From: Candidatus Bathyarchaeota archaeon
GTDB lineage: Archaea; Thermoproteota; Bathyarchaeia; Bathyarchaeales; Bathycorpusculaceae
Assembly: GCA_963767735.1 (NCBI GenBank)
Contig: CAVYES010000008.1
Coordinates: forward strand, 160,001-224,000
Direction of reading: 5' to 3'
Length of the DNA: 64,000 nt
In this document: positions 22,287 through 31,698 of the stretch, piece by piece
Layout of the letters: each line of letters starts with the position of its first letter
Position numbering within the stretch: the stretch's first letter is position 1
Program-made: the position numbers and the translations under genes
The notes under the pieces: model-generated
Told to the model about the DNA's origin: nothing
What the model saw: the letters and a program-made list of their open reading frames with translations, nothing else
Databases searched by the model: none

Positions 22287-23088
22287 TTGCTAATACTCCG
22301 AAATTTTCAGGAGATAACTCTCTTGCACGTTTTTCCTGAAATGGCATGTTGAGGACTATTTTTTCGGCGTCTGTTTTGCTTATCTTTAAGGTACTCTTTA
22401 TGAATGGCACAAGTGCTTTGCCTATTTTTTTGTTTCGCTGGGTAAAAAGCCATTTAACCATTTGCTTGAAAAACACTTCATCTTTCACTTCAAACGAGGT
22501 TTTAATCCAAGGCTTTATCCGAACGATTAGCGAATCCACTTCTGGTTGAGGATAAAACATTTCTTTTGGAACTGCATCCAAAAGCTCAACCTCTACATGT
22601 AGAAAAGTAAAAACTGTTAACCAACTATAATCCTCACTGCCTACCGCCGCTATTAGTCGACGGGCAAATTCTTTCTGTAAAATCATCACTGCACAATCGA
22701 TTCTGCCTTCTACAAGCCACGTAACGAGATGAGAAGACAAATAGTAGGGGGGAATTGCTATGACCTTGTTAAACTCTGGCAAAGCTGCCTTCAACACGTC
22801 GCCCTCGATTACAATCACATTGCCAGCGCATTTGACTTGTTCACGAAGCGCATCTGCAACCTGCGGATCCTTCTCAACTGCAATAACAGCCTTACACTTA
22901 TCGGCCAAGAAACGACTCAGAAAACCGAAACCTGCGCCAGCATCCAACACCACGTCTGAATCGTCAAGCATGGCATAAGTGCACAACTTACCGTAAAGTG
23001 AAGGCTGAACCATGAAATTCTGTCCCGAAAGCTTATTCGGGGTAATTCGATAAGTTCGAAGCAGCTGCTTCGTTTCCTCAAGACTCAT
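22270..23088 (-). CDS. rsmA: 16S rRNA dimethyladenosine transferase
   Basis: GQNF, DAGAGFG, QKEFARRL, FYPQPEVDS, FTQRNK. Confidence 0.93.
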   Translation of the reverse strand: MSLEETKQLLRTYRITPNKLSGQNFMVQPSLYGKLCTYAMLDDSDVVLDAGAGFGFLSRFLADKCKAVIAVEKDPQVADALREQVKCAGNVIVIEGDVLKAALPEFNKVIAIPPYYLSSHLVTWLVEGRIDCAVMILQKEFARRLIAAVGSEDYSWLTVFTFLHVEVELLDAVPKEMFYPQPEVDSLIVRIKPWIKTSFEVKDEVFFKQMVKWLFTQRNKKIGKALVPFIKSTLKISKTDAEKIVLNMPFQEKRARELSPENFGVLANAISS

Positions 23089-23099
23089 CGCTTTATGCC

Positions 23100-23675
23100 T
23101 TACTGTGCTCTAGTGAACAATCGGTACTTGCTTTCGCTATCAAGTTCTTCCATAACTCGTTTAGTAATCAACTTTACAGGATTAGGTAACTCTGTACGCT
23201 TCTGCAAATCCTCAAAACTCTCAAACGGCTTACGGTCACGCTCATTGAGTACCTGCCACATATACTTCTTGCCGATACCTGGAACAAGCTCTAAAGCATG
23301 CATACGAGGGGTAATTGCTCGCGCGGTGTTGAAAAAGTTCACAAACGATTTTTCACGATTCTTCACTATAAGGCTAATCGTGCTTGGAAGCTCCGCTTTG
23401 GCGGATGCAGTTAACTCTTCATAACCGATGCGGCCAATAATGTAAGTAACCTCTTCGCGAGAGTCTTTTCCCACGTACACGCGGTCGCCTGGCTTAAGCA
23501 TTAAACCCTCTTTCACCAAAGCCTCCAAGAGCGTAAAAAACTCTTCACCCACGCATTGAATTAAAGCTCCAGCTCGATAACCCGCCCGTCCAGTTGGTCG
23601 GAACCCAGGCTTGCCATGTGATAAGAAATCTAACACGTAAGCGTACTCTTCATACCTTTTTTCCATACCAGTCAC
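23100..23675 (-). CDS. DUF655 putative RNA-binding protein
   Basis: EEYAYVLDFL, GEEFFTLLE, HALELVPGIGKK; conserved L21e-RpoF-DUF655-KsgA order. Confidence 0.92.
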   Translation of the reverse strand: MTGMEKRYEEYAYVLDFLSHGKPGFRPTGRAGYRAGALIQCVGEEFFTLLEALVKEGLMLKPGDRVYVGKDSREEVTYIIGRIGYEELTASAKAELPSTISLIVKNREKSFVNFFNTARAITPRMHALELVPGIGKKYMWQVLNERDRKPFESFEDLQKRTELPNPVKLITKRVMEELDSESKYRLFTRAQ

Positions 23676-23728
23676 TAAGCCCTCTAGTCTATTGCGCTTA
23701 CTGCTTAAAAATACTTAGCCGTTTCCCG

Positions 23729-24067
23729 CTACTTCAGAGTTTTATTTTCATTCAAAAGCTCAACTATAGCGTGCAATTTTGCAGTCTCGATAATCTTGCG
23801 ACCACCCGCCAAGAAAACCCTCAGTTCATCAACAGTTTCAGGCATACAATTTATAATCTGAATCGCTTCAGCTTCGTCAATTTCGTATTCTTTAACTATA
23901 GTTTGCAAGAGCACTTCGGCCTTCTCAGGATCAACTTTGGAGAATTTGCTGACATAATCTAATGTTCGACGTTGGAACTGGTCAAGATTTTCCTCGCCAA
24001 TGTCCCCTAAGAGCTTCTTAACCTGTGGTAATGTCAAGCGGCTTTCGCTTATTTCCCTCTTACTCAT
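23729..24067 (-). CDS. rpoF: RNA polymerase subunit F (Rpo4)
   Basis: QRRTLDYVSKFSK, IINCMPETVDELR; gene context. Confidence 0.92.
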   Translation of the reverse strand: MSKREISESRLTLPQVKKLLGDIGEENLDQFQRRTLDYVSKFSKVDPEKAEVLLQTIVKEYEIDEAEAIQIINCMPETVDELRVFLAGGRKIIETAKLHAIVELLNENKTLK

Positions 24068-24369
24068 TTTTCTCCACTGCCCATGTACGACTCTATATGT
24101 TCAGAGCGAACAATGATTGCTTTAATGGAATTACCTTGAGGGACACTGATTACGTAGCCTCGACCCCGCTTTTCAATTATGGTGCCTATTTTACCGTGGA
24201 ACCGTTTATGAGGCATACTTTTCTGTACGCTAGAATCCATCCTTATTATCACTTGAGACCCAGGCTGGTATTCTTGGAGTATTTTGCCAATGTGTGGTTT
24301 ACCTTTTTCTCGGGTTGGCTTTCGAAGTAAACTGCGAGTTCCCGTGTAATATCCTTTTGAACCTCTCAT
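24064..24369 (-). CDS. rpl21e: 50S ribosomal protein L21e
   Basis: SKGY..TRSLL, MPHKRFHGKIG, RSEHI. Confidence 0.96.
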   Translation of the reverse strand: MRGSKGYYTGTRSLLRKPTREKGKPHIGKILQEYQPGSQVIIRMDSSVQKSMPHKRFHGKIGTIIEKRGRGYVISVPQGNSIKAIIVRSEHIESYMGSGEK

Positions 24370-24384
24370 CCAATTTCACCTTTT

Positions 24385-25719
24385 TTAATCATCCATTATA
24401 ACTTTTAGAACGTCAAGCTTAAGCGTCTTCGCTCTGTTTCCAAGCAAATCTGAAACGTTCGGGTTTGTTCTTCCTTCATCTCCAGACACCAATTCTTTGA
24501 CGTAGAGGCCGCCTTGGCAACGAATTTCCATAAGAGCCCTCTTAAGCGACACCTTCCTAACTTTAAACTGATATATGTACCTTTCCCGGATTAAATCTGC
24601 CCGTCGATGCAAAACACGAAGGGGCGTCTGTTGTTTTATTGTGACGCCAGTTAACGTGTCTTCCAACGTGTGCAAGCCTTCTTCGGAGACTTCGTTCTCA
24701 AATTCGGCTAGTAACCTATACTCCTTCTGTGCGCCTTCACCCTTCTTGAGCCGTCTCACCACGTCCTTAGTAGTAAAACGCAGCCGCGAAACCTCAACTT
24801 TATCCACTGCTCCAGCGTTGATTTTGGCTTCAATTTCCTTTAAATCAACAAACCGCTTCTTAGGTTTAGAAACCTCAATAACAAAAGGTCGACCTGTCCC
24901 CAGCATTCGAGCATCGATGTCTTCTCGTCCAGAGGCGTGAAATGATGTTTTTTCACCTTTAGTTGCTTCCAACAGGGGCTTTGAAGAGAGCTCTTCAACT
25001 GATTCAGGATACAGTTGTCCTGTTCCGCCGCATTTTTCGCAGCCTCGTCCACGGCAGTTTGAGCAGAACCATTTTGACTGTGGAATGTCGCGCACCAGCT
25101 TGCGATATCTGCCTCCGACGAAAAGTGGGTTTACCTGAAGTCTAACTTTCTCTTGGAAAGGGTTGATCACTATCACCATGTCAGGCGCTAAGTAATCCAC
25201 CTCTTTACCAGTTCGTTCAGCAAGAGCTTTACCAAACAACCTGCCAAATTCATGCTTTATGCTTTCGCCATAGCTAAGGTTCAGAGTAGCCTTAAACTCG
25301 TCTTCACGCTCTTCAACCTTAACGGGCAATTCAATGCCTACTAGAAATGTAGTAAACTCGTAACCTTCAAGGGCGCTTAAAGATCTCTCAGTTAAGCTAC
25401 CAAGATGCTCAAACTTACCTTCACAAAGAAAACACTTATCGTCCAACCCTTTTTTGGGAACACGTTTCTTGAGGTGTTTTAGGGTTTCTTGAGCTTCTCT
25501 TGAAAAACCATTAGTAGCCAAAATTTTAAGTTGCTTAATTCCGTCGAGGTTTTTTTCTTTGGCAAGGTCGTTTGCTTGCAGGGTTAAACTGACTTTTAAT
25601 GCCGATCCGCGAACGTCATTTTCCATGCTGTAACCGAGCGATGCGAATTGTCTTCCAAGGCAGTGGTCGCAGAGGGGATGTTTGCTGAGAAGTTCAAGCG
25701 TTTTTTCGAGTATATCCAT
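24385..25719 (-). CDS. pus10: tRNA pseudouridine(54/55) synthase Pus10
   Basis: LCDHCLGRQF, FHASGREDIDARMLG, QQTPLRV, GGLYVKEL. Confidence 0.95.
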   Translation of the reverse strand: MDILEKTLELLSKHPLCDHCLGRQFASLGYSMENDVRGSALKVSLTLQANDLAKEKNLDGIKQLKILATNGFSREAQETLKHLKKRVPKKGLDDKCFLCEGKFEHLGSLTERSLSALEGYEFTTFLVGIELPVKVEEREDEFKATLNLSYGESIKHEFGRLFGKALAERTGKEVDYLAPDMVIVINPFQEKVRLQVNPLFVGGRYRKLVRDIPQSKWFCSNCRGRGCEKCGGTGQLYPESVEELSSKPLLEATKGEKTSFHASGREDIDARMLGTGRPFVIEVSKPKKRFVDLKEIEAKINAGAVDKVEVSRLRFTTKDVVRRLKKGEGAQKEYRLLAEFENEVSEEGLHTLEDTLTGVTIKQQTPLRVLHRRADLIRERYIYQFKVRKVSLKRALMEIRCQGGLYVKELVSGDEGRTNPNVSDLLGNRAKTLKLDVLKVIMDD

Positions 25720-25728
25720 TTCATGAGC

Positions 25729-27075
25729 CTACTTGCCGAAAGCCGCTGGCAGCCCTTGTCCGCCAAGTCCGAAGGGCAGTTTCTTTTTACGCTTAAACGT
25801 CTTTAGCATTTTACGCATCATAATGTACTGCTTGAGGAGTTCTTTAACTTCTTTTTCAGTTGTGCCTGAACCTCGTGCCACACGTCTTGCCCTAGAAGAG
25901 TTCAGTACTTTGGGGTTTTCTCTTTCTTTAGGTGTCATGGATTGAATTATTACGCCCCATTTATCCAAGCGACCCTCGGCTGAATTGAGCATATCTTGTG
26001 GAATATCAGAAGAAGCCATTCCGGGGATCATCTTTAGCACTTTACTGAATGGACCCATTTTTTTGACGGCTTGGAACTGCTCGTACATATCTGTTAGGGT
26101 GAAGTTTCCGCTAAGTATTTCCCTGGCTTTCTTTGGCGGAACCTTAATTTCGGCGTCATGCACCTTTTCCAAGAGCGTTTCTAAATCGCCCATGCCGAGG
26201 AGTCGACCGACAAAACGTGAGGGAATAAAAGACTCAATGTCTTCGATTTTTTCGCCTGTCCCAATAAACTTTATGGGAGCCCCCGTTGCTGCAACTGCCG
26301 AAAGCGCACCTCCTCCACGCGAGGAACCGTCAAGTTTTGTCACTATAATTGCGCCTATGGGAGTTGCTTCATGGAAAGTTTTGGCTTGAATAAGGGCTTG
26401 CTGACCGATGGTGCCGTCGATAACCATTATGACTTCGTCAGGTTTGACGTGTTTTTCAAGATCCTTCATTTCTTTAATTAAATCTTTTTCTTCTTTGTGC
26501 CTACCTGAAGTGTCAACAATTACCAGGTCCTTATCATTGAACTGTTTTAACCCTTCTTTAACGACTTTAATTGGGTCTTTAGCCTTCAAGTCGCCGTAAA
26601 TTGGAATATTTATTCTAGCGGCCAATTGCTGAAGTTGAGCAAATGCGCCTGGGCGAAAAGTATCAGCGCAAATCAACGCGGGTTTTAAACCTCTTTTCTG
26701 GAAATAACGCGCCAGTTTCGCCGCCTGAGTGGTTTTTCCTGAGCCCTGAATTCCAACAAGCATTATAATTTCCCTTTTTCCAGGCTCCATCTTAATTGGA
26801 ACAGGCTTATCGCCGACAAAGCGCGTTAGTTCCTCGTAAACGACTTTGATTACATGTTCGCGTCTTGAAATGCCCGGAGGAACTTTCTCTTTCAGCGCAC
26901 GCTCCTCTATGCGTTTGGATATTTCGAGGACAAGCTGGACGTTAACGTCTGCCTGGAGTAGCGCCCTTTGGATGTCGCGGACAAGTTCCTTCACTGTCGC
27001 TTCGTCCACTACGGTAGCCTTAAACAGTTTTTTTATGGCGTCGGTTAGGGAAGAACTTAGTTTGTCTAGAGCCAT
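25729..27075 (-). CDS. srp54: Signal recognition particle protein SRP54
   Basis: GIQGSGKTT, DTSGRH, TKLDG, M domain IQSMT..ER, RVARGSG. Confidence 0.97.
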   Translation of the reverse strand: MALDKLSSSLTDAIKKLFKATVVDEATVKELVRDIQRALLQADVNVQLVLEISKRIEERALKEKVPPGISRREHVIKVVYEELTRFVGDKPVPIKMEPGKREIIMLVGIQGSGKTTQAAKLARYFQKRGLKPALICADTFRPGAFAQLQQLAARINIPIYGDLKAKDPIKVVKEGLKQFNDKDLVIVDTSGRHKEEKDLIKEMKDLEKHVKPDEVIMVIDGTIGQQALIQAKTFHEATPIGAIIVTKLDGSSRGGGALSAVAATGAPIKFIGTGEKIEDIESFIPSRFVGRLLGMGDLETLLEKVHDAEIKVPPKKAREILSGNFTLTDMYEQFQAVKKMGPFSKVLKMIPGMASSDIPQDMLNSAEGRLDKWGVIIQSMTPKERENPKVLNSSRARRVARGSGTTEKEVKELLKQYIMMRKMLKTFKRKKKLPFGLGGQGLPAAFGK

Positions 27076-27364
27076 CAGAGTCTCCAGCCTTATTATGCTA
27101 TAATTCTTTTAAATAAAGATTACAGCCAAAAACTAAAGAATTAACCTGATTTTTTCCGTTTATGCTTGCCATTAGCTTTTTCTAACCTGAGAATTATGGC
27201 TGCTGACTTGAAGCCTCAGTTCCCCATTATAGCTATCTTCACAATTCAGACGGCTCTTCATGCATCATTGGCTTCAACATCAAAAGGTTCCAAGCTAGAA
27301 CATAAACGTTAATGGAAAATCTTTTAACAACATCGAAACAATCTAATAACAACTGGTGTAATAG

Positions 27365-27580
27365 TTGACGGCAGAACGAGTAATCCACGCGAGCATTTTC
27401 GTTTTGTTACTTGTAGGATTAACGGTTTTAAGCGCGTGAGCAAGTTACACGTACCTGCAAGCTAACCTTATTCTTTTTATCTCAAGTGTTCCGTTGGGCT
27501 GGGGAATAATTCTTTTAGCAATGTACCTTAGCTTCAAAAGCTCGGTTGGAAATGGTGGAGCTAAAAAAACTCTTAGGTAA
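27365..27580 (+). pseudogene. Small two-TM membrane protein with an in-frame TGA
   Basis: MTAERVIHASIFVLLLVGLTVLSA*ASYTYLQANLILFISSVPLGWGIILLAMYLSFKSSVGNGGAKKTLR; TGA at 27437. Confidence 0.4.
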
Positions 27581-27614
27581 GTAAGAAGAGAAATATTAGT
27601 AACTTGCTAACTAA

Positions 27615-28007
27615 TTATTTTACTCTGACGATTTTTACTCTTCCAAGTATTTTCCAGTATTCGATTTCCGCGCCTGCGGCAATCTTGGCTTTGAGTTCTG
27701 GCTCTTCAGGATATGGAGCGTCTAAGTACTCGTAGGTTTCCAGATCCATTATTTGGACGCCTGTGGGGTTAATGGCGAAAACTTGTCCCGGTCTCTTGTC
27801 AATTATCGGAATTTCAGCGCCTAAATCAACGGGTTTAACGAACTGTCTTTTTTGACCATCAAATACGCCGATAGCAATTATTCTAAATTTGGCGGATCCG
27901 TGTTTTCCAGGCTTTGACTTTGCAATGTCTACTATTTTGCAGGGTTCGCCATCAATCATCATGTAACCGCCGACGCGTAACTCTCCGACATCAACTGGTC
28001 TGCTCAT
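27615..28007 (-). CDS. eif5a: Translation factor aIF5A
   Basis: Hypusine motif KSKPGKHGSAK; likely start MSRPVDV at 28007. Confidence 0.96.
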   Translation of the reverse strand: MSRPVDVGELRVGGYMMIDGEPCKIVDIAKSKPGKHGSAKFRIIAIGVFDGQKRQFVKPVDLGAEIPIIDKRPGQVFAINPTGVQIMDLETYEYLDAPYPEEPELKAKIAAGAEIEYWKILGRVKIVRVK

Positions 28008-28321
28008 ACACTCACCAACAGCACTATTTCTACCCAAAACATTCTGAACAACAACCATATATAGATATTTATTTAGTTTCTAAAAAATAAGTAAACTACT
28101 AGATATTCGCTAGTCATTCGCGTCGAGTAGAAAAACTCAAGGTCATCTGTTTTTTGAGGCATGCAGGGAAGGATAAAGGAAGCGAGCTTAGAAATTCTAA
28201 AATTGAAGCTAAAACTTCAAAAAACGCTAAATTTCAAGTTAAAATAGGCTTAAATTGAGGTTAGAAACGCTTAACCACGTTAGAAAGGGGTCAGAGTGCC
28301 TTGATTTTGTGAAGCTCCCAG

Positions 28322-28377
28322 ACGTGGTTTATACGTGTTTTTGCGCTTTTATACGTGATTTTACGTGGATTTGACGC
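28322..28377. repeat. About 10-bp phased ACGTG repeats
   Basis: ACGTG at 28322, 28333, 28353, 28363; degenerate copies at 28343 and 28374. Confidence 0.55.
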
Positions 28378-28457
28378 TCTGTGCCGACCGCACCAAACCA
28401 ACCTCATTTTCAACTTTAAAAAAATTAGAGAATAGCCTACTTGAAGCGGAAGTAGCT

Positions 28458-28748
28458 TTACCCGAATTTTGCGAGCACTTCCCGTCCGAAATCATTTATT
28501 TCGACGGCGTAGAACTCGTAGGGCCCCATTCTTTTTGGCGTTTCAAGTATGTCGATGAGCTTGGATTTTGACAGGTGCCTCACTGCGTCGTTAAGGCCTT
28601 CAGGCATCAAACCTGTCTTTCTATGTAAGACATCAACTTTCACCAACATACCTTTCTCAAATTGAGATAGGACTACAAGTACCCGTTTAGCTGACTGGTC
28701 AAGCATGTCGAAATCGTCTTGTTCAAAATCTTCAACCATACAAAACAC
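28458..28748 (-). CDS. Small winged-helix-like protein
   Basis: AKRVLVVL...LHRKTGLMPEGLNDAVRHLSKSKLI...INDFGREVL resembles a wHTH. Confidence 0.55.
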   Translation of the reverse strand: MFCMVEDFEQDDFDMLDQSAKRVLVVLSQFEKGMLVKVDVLHRKTGLMPEGLNDAVRHLSKSKLIDILETPKRMGPYEFYAVEINDFGREVLAKFG

Positions 28749-28921
28749 CTACCCCTAACTATTGCAGTCTTTACATAAAAACCATTTGAAAATTCTAGCG
28801 GTTGAGTTGCTTGCACTAAAGCGCCCGTCGGTTCCCAAGGGTTCGAGAAACTCCAACCACCGCCCGTTAGGCAAATTGAAGGGCGCAATAACGCAGGGCA
28901 TGTAATACTTCCTCTTTCCAG

Positions 28922-29275
28922 TTAAGAGGTTCGGGATGGCCATAACCTCGCAGCCAGGAAAACGTTCGAGCCCGCGATCAGAAAGGAAACACCGAAGAAA
29001 CCGGCGATGATTGGTCCATAAAAACCTAATCCGATGGAAATTGAACCTCCGTTGAATCTCATCACTGCCTGACCCGACCCGATAAGCAAGATTGTCAGGA
29101 CAAGCAGAATTGCCGCAAAAGTGAGCCTCACTACGCTTCCAGGCCTTCCGACCTGCGCGGTTTTCGGGGCATTCAACCGCACCGGCGGACAGCAGTTAGC
29201 TTTGCATGATAGGTCTACGGATATTCTATTGTACCCCTGTTTCTTGAAACACCCCTGAGTATATAAAACGCGCAA
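28922..29275 (-). CDS. Hypothetical membrane protein, possibly a remnant
   Basis: Two hydrophobic segments; start uncertain. Confidence 0.35.
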   Translation of the reverse strand: MRVLYTQGCFKKQGYNRISVDLSCKANCCPPVRLNAPKTAQVGRPGSVVRLTFAAILLVLTILLIGSGQAVMRFNGGSISIGLGFYGPIIAGFFGVSFLIAGSNVFLAARLWPSRTS

Positions 29276-29346
29276 AAAAAAAGCGTTTGAGTAAAATTTA
29301 TTAAAAAAGACTGATCATCGTTGAAAGTAGCAGAAAGCTCATACGC

Positions 29347-29901
29347 CTATGCTGGCTTCAACTTGTAGACTGATTGTGAGAAGCTTGTTGCAAGAGCGTT
29401 TGTATTTGAAGTGCCAAGTACCAGGTATTTTTCGCTTGTAAGCTGAATTATAAGGTCGGTAGAGTTATTGGAGATAACGTAAGCTGTAGCGCCGTTTCCA
29501 AGTGTGAATACTCCTACGTTAACGTGGTCATAGTTAGTTCCGTGCTGTTTTGACAAGGCAAGGTTTCCTGAACCGATTTGTCCCACATAAGCAGACACTA
29601 TCTGGTTAGAAGTGACTTTGAGGTTTCCTGCGCCGTTAAAGCTAGGCGAATGAATGCTCACATACCCCGAGCCGACTGTTATTGTTGAGGGAGTACTTGT
29701 GGCATAAAACAGTCCCACGCCAAGTCCGATAACCGCTATTCCTATAGCCAACAGCGCGATAAAAGTGGGTCTAACGGTTTTGGCTCGTCTTCCAGTTGTT
29801 AGGGCCAAAATCAAAAGGGCCACACCTGTAACAACCAGAATGATCAATGCAACGGTTCCTATACTTGAGGAGGGCTGAATTGTAAATTGCTCAACAGACA
29901 T
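29347..29901 (-). CDS. Membrane protein with two TM helices and a PH-like beta domain
   Basis: N-terminal TM pair; KQHGT...VGVFTL.NG..AYV motif resembling bacterial PH-like domains. Confidence 0.55.
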   Translation of the reverse strand: MSVEQFTIQPSSSIGTVALIILVVTGVALLILALTTGRRAKTVRPTFIALLAIGIAVIGLGVGLFYATSTPSTITVGSGYVSIHSPSFNGAGNLKVTSNQIVSAYVGQIGSGNLALSKQHGTNYDHVNVGVFTLGNGATAYVISNNSTDLIIQLTSEKYLVLGTSNTNALATSFSQSVYKLKPA

Positions 29902-30315
29902 CTATTTCGCCCCGTTTACGGTACCATTTGTGTAACGGGTTGCTTTTCTATAGAGATATGCAATATAAGCCAATATCCATATAATCCCAATTACTGAAGG
30001 AATAAGGACAACAAGAGCGCTGTGGAATGTTCCTGTGGCGACCAATAAAATGCCTATGGCGACAAGAACTATCAGGGGGCCAGCCGCTAACGCAATGTTT
30101 TTTCCGCCGATTGAGGTCTCCGCGTTGTCTCCGTGTGTTGGCAGTGAAGGATCTGTACCGAAGTGGTTGATGTAGAACTTGTGGAGTTCTTTGCAGTTAG
30201 GGCACTTGAATATTCTTGCCGGACCCAAACGTATAGACGTGAATGAGGCTCCTGGGATAAACTCGTAATTGAACCTGTAATGGCAATGCGGACATTCCAC
30301 AATTGAAGTCGTCAA
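29902..30315 (-). CDS. Zn-ribbon protein with two C-terminal TM helices
   Basis: CPHC...CPNC then two TM helices; abuts the next gene. Confidence 0.65.
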   Translation of the reverse strand: MTTSIVECPHCHYRFNYEFIPGASFTSIRLGPARIFKCPNCKELHKFYINHFGTDPSLPTHGDNAETSIGGKNIALAAGPLIVLVAIGILLVATGTFHSALVVLIPSVIGIIWILAYIAYLYRKATRYTNGTVNGAK

Positions 30316-30478
30316 TAACTTGCCTCGCGCATAAAGTCTTTAGTCCAGTGACTATCAGCAAACATTAAAAATTTTGCGGTTATCCAACCTTGTCACCGGT
30401 TTTTGCCATTTCATGGTCTTATCAAGCCGCCCCGAACCTTGGCATCTGTATAGAGCGCAGAAAGACTAAACTTTGGTC

Positions 30479-30817
30479 CTAAGGTGTTAGGTCCAATGCC
30501 TCGATGATCATTTCCTTAACGAGCGGCCTTTTGCTTACTTTCTTAAATTCCTCAGGAGTATACATTAGCAGATCCAACTCTTCAAGAAATGACCAATCTT
30601 CAAGAAGCATCTTTCCACGCTCAAGACTGGTCAGACCCATGAAATTTTTCGAAACAACTATCAAATCGATGTCGCTGCCTATTTTTCTCTTTTGTTTCGC
30701 TGTTGAGCCGAAAAGAAGGACTTTTTCAAGTCCTATTTTTGCATCCACAACTTTCAAAAATTCGTCCAGTTTATCCATTAAGGGCCTGTTATCGTCAAGC
30801 ACCAAAGCCTTCGTCAA
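30479..30817 (-). CDS. MNT (minimal nucleotidyltransferase) antitoxin
   Basis: LFGSTA...SDIDLIVVS, DLLMYTPEEF. Confidence 0.9.
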   Translation of the reverse strand: MTKALVLDDNRPLMDKLDEFLKVVDAKIGLEKVLLFGSTAKQKRKIGSDIDLIVVSKNFMGLTSLERGKMLLEDWSFLEELDLLMYTPEEFKKVSKRPLVKEMIIEALDLTP

Positions 30818-31242
30818 GTCGTTTCCTCCTCAATCCTTTCCTTAATAACTTTGATGATGGGCAAAGCTTTTGTCATGAATTCATCCACTACGGTTTTAGT
30901 GTATATTTCACTAGGTAATTCAAGAGTAGCATCAAAATATCTTGTTTCTCGAACAGCCAAAGATAGTTGTCTGAGAAAACGAATTTGCTCTTCGGTAAGT
31001 TCGACCTCATCAGCTATTTTCGAATGTAATTCAACCAAATTATGCACCTTAGGAGGAGCCGCTTTTTTTAAGACAACGATAGCTGCCTTCAAGGATTTTT
31101 CGACTGTCAAATGAAGCTAGAAAGCTACTACAGGATATGCCTCGCAGCTAATAACCTTCTCCAGCATTCTTAAAGAATCATCTATATCCTTAAGCCACAA
31201 TTGAATGTATTCATCCGAGACTGAGCCATTTTTTTTAGTCAC
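30814..31242 (-). pseudogene. HEPN-domain protein with an in-frame TAG at 31117-31119
   Basis: MTKKNGSVSDEYIQLWLKDIDDSLRMLEK...VAF*LHLTVEKSLKA...PPKVHNL...ETRY; paired with MNT. Confidence 0.8.
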
Positions 31243-31306
31243 TTGACACTCTGAGTAGTACATGAGCGCTTTCTAACTATTTTGATTTTTCTATCTTCCA
31301 AAATTA

Positions 31307-31327
31307 TGGTGACGTCGGGGGGTGGGA
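31307..31327 (-). repeat. tRNA-Leu-like 3'-end fragment (att-like scar)
   Basis: Minus strand TCCCACCCCCCG(ACGT)CACCA: acceptor-stem 3' end with CCA and a 4-nt insertion. Confidence 0.55.
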
Positions 31328-31698
31328 CATCCACCTTATTTTACCGGTAAAAAACTCCCAAAATGTGCTCACATTCGAGTGGTGAATCCAGGTAAGCATA
31401 GCCGCCCAACGGCATACTAAAAAAAGATTAACCGAGGCTCCACGGAAGAAAAGGTCAAGAAACGATTATTTGGAAAAACAGCCGAATTTTGAAATGGCGC
31501 GGGATGTTAAGTTTAAACCCAAGTTTAAATTCCACACGAAAATCCAACGATAAAAAATCAAACCTAATAGGTTTCAACGTTCAAACTCTCGGTTCGGACA
31601 CCGCGCACAAAACTACTCTAAGCAAACTCTTTTCAGGTCTCAAAAAATCAAAATTTACATATTCTTCTCTCTCACATAATGTACCAAGTAATTGTTAG

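Noticed and set aside
31117-31119. Pyrrolysine or other recoding at the HEPN TAG (and selenocysteine at TGA 27437)
   Set aside because: These are isolated cases in accessory or unknown genes; TAG and TGA are used as normal stops elsewhere and no recoding machinery is seen.
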